Source of the DNA: Octopus sinensis
Lineage: Eukaryota
Direction: 5' to 3'
Assembly (NCBI RefSeq): GCF_006345805.1
Contig: NC_043001.1
Coordinates: 128,340,001 to 128,404,000, forward strand
DNA length: 64,000 nucleotides
The notes below the pieces were generated by a model, which was given only the letters and a program-made list of their open reading frames with translations, had not been told where the DNA came from and ran no database searches. The position numbers and the translations under genes were made by a program. Positions 38,161 through 49,679 of this stretch are shown here, one piece after another. Numbering within the stretch: position 1 is the first letter of the stretch; each line of letters begins with the position of its first letter.

Positions 38161-38394
38161 ACCTATTTGCAACGTGGGTCGCGTTTCCACTACGACTTAA
38201 AACAGAAAATCATCCGGTAATTGCCATTTGAATGGAAATTCTGTTTACACTATAAAACTCATATTGCTAGGTTTGTACTACCCTCTTGAGACCCAACTAC
38301 ACTCTAGCTGAAAAATATAAAAAAACCTCATAAGTAATATAAACGTCTTAAATTCAGTGGCAGCGTTAATGAAGATGTTATGTATTAATTTAAT

Positions 38395-38730
38395 GTTATC
38401 TTTATTAGTGTATATCGAATTATACATAGATATATATACAAAATTTTCACAGATATAAGAGTTAGAACTTGTAATCTGCCCATGGATCTGTTTTTTGGGA
38501 AATTTTTGCCCGTCGCACTAGAATTTTACCCACAACTGTTGTTGAAGTTATTGTTGGCATCCTTTTAATATTATCTTTATTAGTGTATATCGAATTATAT
38601 ATAGATATATATACAAAATTTTCACAGATATAAGAGTTAGAACTTGTAATCTGCCCGTGGATCTGTTTTTTGGGAAATTTTTTTTGCCCGTCGCACTAGA
38701 ATTTTCCCCACCCCTGTTGTTGAAGTTATA
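38395..38730. repeat. Local tandem duplication (~160-175 bp, two copies)
   Basis: ttatctttattagtgtatatcgaattat..tgttgttgaagtta occurs at ~38397 and ~38570. Confidence 0.9.
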
Positions 38731-39157
38731 ATGGTATAATAATGGGGGTTATTTGGTGATAGTAGACCAAATATCAACCCCAGAGCTGGTGGTGTTTGTA
38801 ATGTGGTGTAGTCATGGTGCTAGTGTCATGCTAGTGAGGTGCTAGTATGATGGGAGTGTGGGGATACGTGACAGTTTAGGGGCGGGTAGAATGTTGTTGT
38901 GATGGTAGGCATCCCAAGCAGGATGGGGTGCTGCTGTAACCGCTGTTGCCAACATTCTTATGTTGATGGAAGTGTTGGAGGCAGGATTGAAGGTGGGGGA
39001 GGGTGACAATGAAGTGGAGGTGGAGGTGGAGGTAGAAGTGGTGGTGGTGATGGTGATGGTGTTGGTGGTGTTGGTAGTGGTGGTGATGATTCTGGTAGTG
39101 GTGGTGTTGAGGGTAATAGAGTTAACGATGAAGATTAAGATGGTAACAGTGATTATT

Positions 39158-39285
39158 TACATTATTTACATTTGATGGATATTTGTCCTCATCTTGTTTG
39201 TTTTTAACACAATGAGGTGTCTTGGGGAAATTTTGAACCTGGGTTCTCATTCTTAAGGTATTTTTTGATGTTGCTATTATTATTA

Positions 39286-39334
<49 letters not shown>

Positions 39335-39472
39335 ATCACTGCTTGGAATCGAACTCAGAATCTTGGGGTTAGTAGCCCGCGCTCTTAACCATTACGCCAT
39401 ATGCCCGTGGTGTAGTGGTTAAGAGCGTGGGCTACTAACACCCAAGATTCCGAGTTCGATTCCAAGCAGTGA

Positions 39473-39512
<40 letters not shown>

Positions 39513-39793
39513 TATAATAATAATAACAATAATAATAATAATGATGATGATGATGATGATGATGATGATAATAATAAAAATGATAATAATAATAATGATA
39601 ATAATAATAATGATAATAATAATAATAACATCAAAAATGAAAACCCAGGTTCAAAATTTCCTCAAGACACCTCATGAAGGCTGTAGGGTATATCAGCCAA
39701 AACTTTGTGTTAACAACAAACAAGATGAGGACAAATATCCATCAAATGTAAATAATGTACATAATTCCTCATCTCTTAATTATAGAACTGTAT
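39158..39793. mobile_element. Head-to-head pair of a tRNA-headed SINE-like element with (TAA)n linker and hammerhead-bearing tail
   Basis: Plus arm: A-box TGGTGTAGTGG (39408-18), B-box GAGTTCGATTCC (39452-63), (TAA)n, then ACAC-CTCATGA-A-GGCTG-loop-CAGCC-AAAA-CT-TT-GTGT (39667-39710). The left arm 39158-39399 is the reverse complement with the core deleted. Confidence 0.8.
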
Positions 39794-40169
39794 GATAACA
39801 GTGATGTTGGTGATAGTGATGAAGGCACTATCAAGGATGTGCATATCAAATGGTGATAGTGGCATGTGTGGGGGTGATTTTTGTTATCTCTTTCCTCTTT
39901 CTCTACTTCTTTGCTAGATATAGGATGCCTTCTAAACACTGTCACCAAACAAGAAACTTAGTCATGAATGTTATTTTAGAAGCAGCTATATAACATATTT
40001 AAAATGGTATCACTGTTGGCATGACCATTGCCAACAGCACTAGCAGCAGCATTAGCATCGCAAGCCCCACATCCTGTTTGCATTACTATCACCACCACCA
40101 CCACCACCACCGCTTCCACCATCACCACCATTACCAGCATCATCACCATTATCAGCAGAACATATATAT

Positions 40170-40573
40170 ACTCTTTTACTTGTTTCAGTCATTTGACTGC
40201 GGCCATGCTGGAGCACCGCCTTTAGTCGACCAAATCGACCCCGGGACTTATTCTTTGTAAGCCCAGTACTTATTCTATCAGTCTCTTTTGGCGAACCGCT
40301 AAGTGATGGTGACGTAAACACACCAGCATCGGTTGTCAAGCAATGCTAGGGGGACAAACACAGACACACAAACACACACATACATTTATATATATATACA
40401 TATATACGACAGGCTTCTTTCTGTTTCCGTCTACCAAATCTACTCACAAGGCATTGGTTGGCCCGGGGCTATAGCAGAAGACATTTGCCCAAGATGCCAC
40501 GCAGTGGGACTGAACCCGGAACCATGTGGTTGGTTAGCAAGCTACTTACCACACAGCCACTCCTGCGCCTTAT
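40170..40573 (-). mobile_element. Family A SINE, young subfamily
   Basis: Complete layout, near-identical to 63600-63977. Confidence 0.92.
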
Positions 40574-40754
40574 AATAAGTAAAGTAACCAAAGTGTTAAG
40601 AATGTATCAAATCAAAGACAAACACCTAACAAACCAACCAACAAAACCACCATGGCTATATTTTCATATTCTATTGGTTAATAATGTAGGATTTAAAATA
40701 TTTTTTTGTAAGTGCTTTCGTTATATCTTTCCACACACACATGCACGCATGCAT

Positions 40755-40795
<41 letters not shown>

Positions 40796-40988
40796 GTGAG
40801 ACAACTATTCTTAAACTTCTGAGTTATGGTCTGAAGCAGTATAATAAACAAGAGGGGTCTGAGACATGAGCCCTAGTAAACTGCTGTGTACTAAATTCAT
40901 TGTGATACTGTTTGTTAACTTCCCACATGTCGCTTGTATGGCCCTCACAAGCCATTCATTTAGCCAAAAGTTTTGGGTAGATTATAGA

Positions 40989-41205
40989 TTAACCCTTTAG
41001 TGTTCACATTATTCTGCCAAAATTAATCCTTTTTTATCCATATTGTTTTGAACTAATCATGCATTATCTTGTAGCTATGAGATTTTGATGAGGTAGCTGT
41101 TAATTTTTCAAATGATATTGTAGGGTTGGTGTGAGAGACCAGATCTGGCCATGCTGAACATAAAACAGGCAGAATACTTTTGGCCGGATATGGCCGGTTT
41201 AAAAA
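40989..41205. mobile_element. piggyBac-like MITE (decayed right end)
   Basis: Begins TTAA|CCCTTTAG; the right end ggccggtttaaaaagc is degenerate. Confidence 0.45.
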
Positions 41206-41797
41206 GCATAGAACCCTGCCAAAAGCCTTCTCCAGATCAGCAAATTCTATATATGCAGTGGCCAACTCTCAGCCATGTGCTTCTGCAGTTGTCCCACTAA
41301 GAAGAAAACATCAGTAGTACCCCTTCCTGGCACAAAGCTGAACAGCACCTCATCTAGTCTAACTCTGTTACTGATCAGTTGTACTTCAACTCTTTCAGCG
41401 TCTCCTATGATGCAGCTGCTGATTAATATCTTATAGCTGAATCTATAGCAGATTTAAAGAATAGATACCAGGTTTGAAAGCAAAACTTTGTATTGAGAGG
41501 CTTTAATGTAAACTTTGCAGAATAAAGTTTTAATAAGTAGGAAGGAAGACAAGACCCTGCTGCTACCAGGAAAATGACACCACGTTTGATAGGCATAAAA
41601 TGAAGTAAATAGAAAATTCATATGATGTATCCCATGTAAATTGCGGATACACAAGAAGTGTAATGGAATCACAGGAAGACAAGTGAAAAAGCTAGACTAC
41701 ACATGCAACTAATGCAGAGAGGAAACATATGTGAAAAAAAACTACCTCAAATGCACAGATGCCTCTCCAGAATTACCTGATAGTTTTTGTTGCCTAG

Positions 41798-41840
41798 GTG
41801 ATTAAATTTGCAGTGGAGTGCTTGGCCGGCTGTCTAGATG
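41798..41840 (+). CDS. Candidate host exon (unidentified), VIKFAVECLAGCLD
   Basis: Pyrimidine-rich acceptor tttttgttgcctag, 43-nt open frame, donor ATG|GTAGGA (phase 0 to 1). Confidence 0.3.
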
Positions 41841-42079
41841 GTAGGAACTTAGTAGTGTGAACAGTGAAGCTTGGAGACTGGAAAATGTTTTGATTTTGGC
41901 AGACTCCGCAGATATGAGTGTCAAAAAGTTGTGTTCTTCACCATTTTTACTGGCATTCTTGCTTCTGTTTGAACTCACATTCTTCTACTATGAACAGAAT
42001 TCTTATACATTACTCAACTTTCTTTCCTGGGAGTGGTCCTGTTTCAGGTAATTTCTTAACAATATGATAGCTGACTAAA

Positions 42080-42315
42080 GGTAAGTTCACCACCATTAAT
42101 TCACTACTGGGAAAGTTCACCACCACCAATTCACCATGAAGAAAGTTCACCATGAGGAAAGTTTACTGTAAGGAAATTTCACCGTGAGGAAAGGCTTCCA
42201 AGAAAATATATCCATAGTATCTCACCATTAATAGTTAAAAACTATTTTACTGGAAAAAAAAAGGTGAACTGATGGTGAACTTCCTCTGCAGTGAATTGAT
42301 AACTGTGATCTTACC
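42080..42315. repeat. MITE-like element with inverted subterminal (A/G)TTCACC repeats
   Basis: ggtaagttcacc.. repeated short motifs on the left; ggtgaac/gtgaat motifs and gtgatcttacc on the right. Confidence 0.4.
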
Positions 42316-42580
42316 AAACATGAAAACAGACAGTGGTTAGAAAACAAGAAAACAAAAGACTAATCCTCAGCTGCAAAAAGACATAGAATTTAATTAAATT
42401 AAAACAGATGGACACATTAGTATAATTTTACCTAAAATCTCCAAGAAGGTAAGCTGAAGTGAAGGCAGCATGTTCTTTTGTCTATCTCCTTACCTTCTTG
42501 GAGATTATAGGTATAATTATACTAATGTGTCCATCTGTTTTAATTTTATTAAATTCTATGTCTTTATGCAACTGAGGATT
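42309..42580. repeat. Fold-back repeat with 92-bp arms
   Basis: 42362-42453 and 42489-42580 are reverse complements. The left extension ends in caaacatgaaaac, the same terminus as the element at 17590. Confidence 0.85.
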
Positions 42581-42769
42581 GCTCTGCATTTAATTTGATG
42601 TAATGATTGCATTGTTCAATTAAATGGAGTTGCTTGAAACAATCGTACTGCATTACCTCTAGATATCCTTGTTGCTTATTTTGATTTTAATCACCTTATT
42701 TTGAAATTGTATAGATAATACCGTACTAAAATCTGGTGTCTTAACTTCAGTACCATATTCATCTGAATC

Positions 42770-42814
42770 TATATATATATGTACATTTGGATTTATGTAT
42801 GTATATATATAAAT

Positions 42815-42878
<64 letters not shown>

Positions 42879-42981
42879 ATAAATATATACACACATATTT
42901 GTATGTATGTCTATATATATATATATATGTATATATATATGTGTATATATATATATGTGTATATATATATATATATGTGTG

Positions 42982-43020
<39 letters not shown>
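42770..43020. repeat. (TA)n/(TG)n microsatellite
   Basis: Direct reading. Confidence 0.95.
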
Positions 43021-43023
<3 letters not shown>

Positions 43024-43199
43024 AGTTTACGAGAGGTAATGGTGTCACTGAGACCCAAAGGTGTCAGGTAATGCTGAATAAGTGCTATAGAGAGACCATA
43101 GTTAAGTTCCAGGTTGGGTGATTATGCAAATAAGGGGTTCATATATATATATATATATGGATATATATTATGGATATATATATATTATATTATAACATA

Positions 43200-43445
43200 C
43201 ACACGCACGCGCACCTTCGTTTTGGGATCACCACTACTTTATTATCTCCCCTTCTTCCTAGCTCTCCTGTCTGACCACTTCCATCCAGCCACTAAGGCCT
43301 TTTTTATTCTCTCTCGTTTATTTTCTTGTGTTCCTTTCTGTTGAAGAGCATAGGCTCGAAACAAAAAAGACTTTCTCACCTTCCAGAGTGTTAAATTAAT
43401 ACACCTGTCTTCGTCTTTTGTATTTTTTTGAAAATTCCAACTATT
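43200..43445 (+). mobile_element. Penelope-like terminal repeat fragment with variant minimal hammerhead
   Basis: 43334-43370: CTTT-CTGTTGA-A-GAGC-ATAG-GCTC-GAAA-C-AAAAAAG. Confidence 0.6.
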
Positions 43446-43499
43446 ATATTAGCCTCAGCCTAACTTCAGCCTCGTGGTAGCGCGGCGGAGGTGCGGGCG

Positions 43500-43785
43500 A
43501 AGGCGGAGGCGCGGCCCGCTTTGCGAGTGGATTTCGTACACGGAAACCAAAAGAAAACTGTCATTTTTATGTATATATTTGTGTTTGTATCTGTTTGTAC
43601 ACTAACCAGTGCTTGACAACCAAGGTTGCTGAGTTTACATTCCCATAACTTAGCGGTTCAGCAAAAAACACTGATAGAATAAATACTAGGCTTACAAAGA
43701 ATAAATCCTGTGGTCAATTTGTTCGACCAAAGGCGGAGCTCCAGCATAGCTGCAGTCACATGAGTGAAACAAGTAAATCAATAAA
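43500..43785 (+). mobile_element. Family A SINE, 5'-truncated and diverged
   Basis: gctttgcgagtggatttcg..gagtgaaacaagtaaa. Confidence 0.75.
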
Positions 43786-44246
43786 AAATCTATTCCATTT
43801 TAATCCCAAGCAAGGCTGGGTATCTCTGCTAGTGATTGTTAAATTTATCTTATAATGCTATATTTCTGAGATGAGGAATTTATATTATATATATATATAT
43901 TGTTTATATTAGTCAAACTAGTGTCCTCATCATGATTGTTACTTTCACAATGCTTTGGCTGTTGTACACTTCAGCCTTCTTCAAGTGTCTTATGTTGAAC
44001 TCAGCTCTCATATTGGAATTTTGAACTTAACTCTTTATTAGTTCTACAGGGGTACCCAGATTTTGGTTTCTGTTTACTGAAATTCACCAAATGGAGAGAG
44101 TAAAATGAGAACAGTGCATCCTTGTGGCTCAAACAAAGTGTTAGGTTTGAAATCCTAGTACAACATCCAAGTTCCACACAAGACACCTAAAGATGTCTGG
44201 AACATATAACAGCTGAAACATAGTGAAAGCAACAATCAATACAAGG

Positions 44247-44279
<33 letters not shown>

Positions 44280-44744
44280 GTATGAGGAGGGATATAATAT
44301 CCAGGCATATACCAGATTTCTTTATGTAAAATGCCAATGCTAGTTCCCTCAGACAGTATATTTTATGGTAAACTTTCTATAAACAGGATGCAATGGGTAA
44401 ATTGTCATAATTTTATATTTTTAATTTCATGCATGTGCAGTGTTTGTTTTTGATTTTGTCGACTACACAGTGTGGTAGGGTCAGTTGGGTACTGTTTGTG
44501 AGAAAAATAGCATTATGATGCAATTCACTCTGACAGAAATTTGGCAACGACATACTGTATTACTTGGCATTTGCACTAGAAGCTCCAATACAAACATTTC
44601 AGTGTTTGGGTGTCAACACAAGAACAGTGCAAGGGATTTGGAAAGAGTTAGATGAGTCTAATGGTGCTTACGAACGTACGGCAGTTGAGAAAATTCACTC
44701 TCGTCATTCCTGAATTTGTTGGCGAGATCCAGGCCATGATTGCA

Positions 44745-45012
44745 ATTTGGTTCAGTCCTACCATATGGCACCTTGGGCAAGTATCTTCTCCCATAGCTTT
44801 GGGCTGACCAAAGCCTTGTGAGTGGATTTGGTAGATGGAAACTGAAAAGAAGCCCATTGTGTGTGTGTGTGACAACTGGTATTGCTGTGTTTACATCCCC
44901 ATAACTCAGTGGTTCAGCAAAAGAGACTGATAGAATAAGTAGCAAACTTTAAAAAAATTAATACTGGAGCAAGTTCATTTGACTAAATTTCTTCAAGGTA
45001 ATGCTTCAGCAT
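44745..45012 (+). mobile_element. Family A SINE, older variant
   Basis: ggttcagtcc..caccttgggcaag..gactgatagaataagt. A further 3' half lies at 45150-45388 and a short family B end at 45030-45090. Confidence 0.75.
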
Positions 45013-45478
45013 ATATTTATATTTATATCATCATCATCATTGCTTAACGTCCGTTTTCCCTACTGGCATGAGTTGGATGGTTTGACGCTCTGTCAACGAT
45101 CACACTCGTATGGTGCTCTTTGCACCCCACTAGCACGGATGCCCCCTGCTATCTGTGTGTGTGTGTTTGCATCTGTGTGTCCCCCACCATGGCTTGATAA
45201 CTGGTGTTGGTGTGTTTACATCCTTTTAACTTAGTGGTCCGGTAAAGAGACCAAGAGAGTAAGTACCAGGCTTTAAAAAAACCCAGAAAAATAAGTAATG
45301 GGCTCAATTTATTTGACTAAAAAAGAAAAAAAAATTCAAGGTGGTGCCCCAGCATGGCAACAGTCTACTGACTGAAACGAGTAAAAAATAGATTTTTTAG
45401 TCCTTTGACTCTATGCTAGCATTTTATCTTAAATGCTCTAGTTATATGAATTTAACACTACCTAGCTACATTAGTTTA

Positions 45479-45516
<38 letters not shown>

Positions 45517-45521
45517 AATAA

Positions 45522-45946
45522 AAACTTACTAGGAGAAGGAGAAAACGATGCGTGGCGTTCAATCATATAATAACAATTTAATAAATAAAACATGCATACA
45601 TACATACATATATGTACATACCTACATCTATATGTATATATACATGCATATATGAGTACAGGACACCACAAATAAATGTAGAACACGAGCTTCGAAACAC
45701 GCATTGAATCAAAACAGGGGCAGCTGATGAAGGGGAATATTCCTTGTATTGTTTGTCTTGTACTCTGTTTTTTCATTGTTAAAAAAGTTTCCTTGTTTGA
45801 TTTTATGTTTTCGTTTCTCATTGTGTTCTACGTTTATTTGTGGTGTCCTGTACTCATATATGCATGTATATATACATATAGATGTAGGTATGTACATACA
45901 GTATATGTATGTATGTATGCATATGTTTTATTTATTAAATTGTTAT

Positions 45947-45950
<4 letters not shown>
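45522..45950. repeat. Fold-back copy of the 25.4-kb Penelope-like family with unequal arms
   Basis: 45566-45686 and 45823-45950 are reverse complements. The 136-nt loop begins GAGCTTCGAAACACG and contains CTGATGAAGGGGAATATTCC. Confidence 0.85.
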
Positions 45951-45990
<40 letters not shown>

Positions 45991-46424
45991 AAAAGAAAGA
46001 GAGAGAGAGAAAGAAAGAGAGAGAGGGGGGAGAAAGACAGACAGATAGACAGAGAAAGAGAGTTATCTACTTGAAAGTTGGTGGCATGAATTTGTTGACA
46101 GTCACAATAAAATACAGCCAGCTGTTACAAAAAAACAACTACCATGCTTTTGGTAATTGTTTTAGGTGTTTATGTAGTTATGATCAGACATGAACTATCT
46201 CTCCATCCTCTCACTCTTGACCTGGCAGTATATCTAGAATGTAACACCTGGAGAGAGAGAGAGAGAGAGAAGGGAGGACATCCATATCATTACCTAGTTG
46301 GTACTCATTTATTAGCTGATTAAATTAAAGCAAGCAATATGAAACAAAGTGTCTGGTTCAAAGACAAGATGCTGTGGTCCAGGAATTGAACCCACAACTT
46401 TTTGATCATGAGCCAGACTTCCTA

Positions 46425-46722
46425 ACCACTAGTTGTTGATTGTTCCTTTTCGAGCCATGCCTGGCTCATAAGGGCCGGTTTCCCGGTTTCTTGGCGTATA
46501 GGTTCCCCACCTGGACAGGACGCCGGTCTGTTGCAGGTGAGCTGCAAGATGCAGGAGGAAAGAGTGAGAGAAAGTTGTGGCGAAAGAGTCAGCAGAAGTT
46601 CGCCATTACCTTCTGATGGAGCTTAGGTGTTTTCGCTCATAAACACACACATCGCCCAGTCTGATATTTGAACCCGCGGTCCCTCGACCGCGAGTTCGCT
46701 GCTCTAACCACTAGGCCATGTA
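46425..46722 (-). mobile_element. tRNA-derived SINE (family C, tail type 2)
   Basis: Head and body match 7910-8099; the 3' tail is different (cctggacaggacgccggtc..). Confidence 0.75.
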
Positions 46723-47309
46723 CTTTCAACATTTATTTATATTATAAACCCCATCTATTTATAAGTCACTTTGTTTGACCAAACAAAACTAAATGCTTTT
46801 GTGGACCAATAAAGAGAAGTGGATTCTAACATTTTGGACAGAGCACTTATTTGGAAAAAAAAAATCAAAAGTGGTCATAATGCATTTATGGGTGAAGCTT
46901 ATTTATCATTTGAATTATATCTTTTTCCTATAAACCCTACAAACTAGTTTTGTGCTAATACTAAAAAGGTGTGTATAAATACATGTGTGCACATACATGT
47001 ACTATCATAGTACATATCAGCAATGTTTTTGATCTAATTACTGTGATAGAATTTATATTTTTGAAGGTGAGAGGAAATATCAAGAGCAAAGCAGGAAGCT
47101 TCCTATAAACAATATTGTTCCAAGGTGGTAAATTTGAGAACCTAAAACAGAGAAGAAATAAGTGGACGATGAGTGAAAATTGAAAAACAAGAGCATTTAT
47201 GGGAATTGACACTTCTAATTGCATTAACATCTTGTTTTAATATGTTCAGAAAATTTTCTACCCATGCTTGTCATATAATGGTTAATAATAGGCTAACTTT
47301 TAGACTTGA

Positions 47310-47610
47310 TATCTGTCTGTCTGTCTGTCTGACCACGTACATATGTACCCACCTACATAATTGCCTACTACCTACCCACCTACCAATCTACTAATGTATA
47401 TATCAAGTTACCTATCAATTTGTCTATCTGTCTATCTGTTTGTCTGTCTCTCTTATCTGTGTCTGTCTATATCTGTCTGTCTGTTTATCCATCCATTTGC
47501 CTCCCTGCCAGTCACTCTATCTATCTGTCTGTCTATCTATCTATTTATCTATCTATCTTTCTATCTGTTTATCTGTGTCTGTCTATCTTTCTATATCTAT
47601 CAATCAATCA

Positions 47611-47674
<64 letters not shown>

Positions 47675-47683
47675 GTCTGTCTC

Positions 47684-47727
<44 letters not shown>

Positions 47728-47779
47728 TCTATCCATCCATCCATCCATCCGTCCGTCTGTCTGTCTGTCTTTCTGTCTG

Positions 47780-47830
<51 letters not shown>

Positions 47831-47915
47831 GTCTGTCTGTCTTACTTATTTATCTACCTGTTTACCTATCTACCTAACCAATCTACCTGCATAACTACAT
47901 ACCTGCCTGTCTGTC
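47310..47915. repeat. (TCTA/TCTG/TCCA)n tetranucleotide satellite
   Basis: Direct reading. Confidence 0.95.
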
Positions 47916-48605
47916 TATCACAAATAAAATAAATAAACTCAGTGTATATAAACTGTGCAATGACTAAAGACAAAACTGAAAGTGAATGTAAAAACATGAT
48001 TTGGGGCTCAATTTTATGAGATTTATTACATCGAAATAACCCACATTACATGAGCTGCCATCTTCTAAAAGATACAAGCCATTGATAAGTCCTTACACAA
48101 GTGTGTGTATGTGTATGTGCGTGTGTGCGCGCGCATGTGTGTGTGTGTATGTGTATGCATGTATACATACACACATACAGATATACCTGTACATGATGCA
48201 CATATAGAAATATATATAAATGTAAAAATATTTGTACAGGTGTAAGTGCATGCGTGTGTGTTTGTATGTGTGTGTGTGTGCACGCATAGAATTTTAAAAA
48301 ATTTATTCATAAACATAGCAACACAACTTGGTTGTTGATAATTCTTTGCTTTTTTTTTTTTATTTTTCATTTTCCTATTTACTAATTGAGAATATAAATT
48401 TCAATGGATCATTCTGATATCTTAAAGCAACAGCAATTCTGCAGCACATAGTTTGATAATACAGGTTAAATATAGATTTCAAACATGGAAAATTCTACAT
48501 ATTACTGGCAACGGTTTATGTGAATGAGTTTGTGAAAATGTACATCAAAAAACCAATTAGATATTTTATGTTCAAGGAATGTTATGGAAAAGGTATTTTT
48601 TATTT

Positions 48606-49638
48606 TCTGTCTTTTACTTGTTTCAATCATTAGGCCACGGCTATGCTGGGGCACCACATTGAAGAATTGATTGTCAAAAGAATCAACCCCAGAACATTTT
48701 TTTCTCTTTTGCTGAACTGCTAAGTTACTGGGGTGTAAATGTACAAACACCAGTTGTCAAGTGAATGGGGACAACCCCCCCCCCCACACACACATGTACA
48801 AACGATAGGCTTCTTTCAGTTTCTGTTTACCAAATCCACTCACAAGGCTTTGGTTGGCCCTTGGCTATAGTAGAAGACACTTGCCCAAGGTGCCACGCAA
48901 TGGGGCTGAACTTGAAACTATGTGGTTGAGAAGCAAGCTTCTTACCACACAGCCATACCTGAGCCTATACACTCTCTTTTTGTTTCAGTCACTTGACTGT
49001 GGCCATGCTAGAGCACCACCTTATAGGGTTTTTTTAGTCAAAGAAATTGACCTCAGGATTTATTCTTTATAGTACTTATTCTATGGATCTGTATTGCTGA
49101 ACCACTAAGTTATGGGAACGTAAACACTCTAACATTGTTGTCAAGTGATGGTGGTGGTGGTGGTGGGGGGGGGGACAAACAGAAACACAAAGACACACAC
49201 ATGCACATATACATATATATGCATATATATATATTACTCTTTTTACTTGTTTCAGTCATTTGACTGCGGCCATGCTGGAGCACCGCCTTTAGTTGAGCAA
49301 ATCAACCCCGGGACTTATTCTTTGTAAGCCCAGTACTTATTCTATCGGTCTCTTTTTGCCGAACTGCTAAGTGACGGGGATGTAAACATCGGTTGTCAAG
49401 CAATGCTAGGGGGACAAACACAGACACACAAACATATACACACACATACACATATATATATATATATATACGACAGGCTTCTTTCAGTTTCTGTCTACCA
49501 AATCCACTCACAAGGCATTGGTCTGCCTGAAGCTATAGCGGTAGACACTTGTCCAAGGTGCCACGCAGTGGGACTGAACCCGGAACCATGTAGTTGGTAA
49601 GCAAGCTACTTACCTTACAGCCACTCCTGCACCTATAT
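48606..49638 (-). mobile_element. Three tandem family A SINEs (48606-48968, 48971-49232 3' half, 49235-49638)
   Basis: Three successive tail motifs cttttacttgtttca in the same orientation. Confidence 0.88.
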
Positions 49639-49679
49639 ATATATATATATATATATATCATATATCATATATATATATA

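Noticed and set aside
39404-39474. tRNA gene (also the heads at ~8030-8099, 32417-32500 and 46650-46722)
   Set aside because: A and B boxes are present, but there is no complete cloverleaf acceptor stem and they run into SINE bodies.
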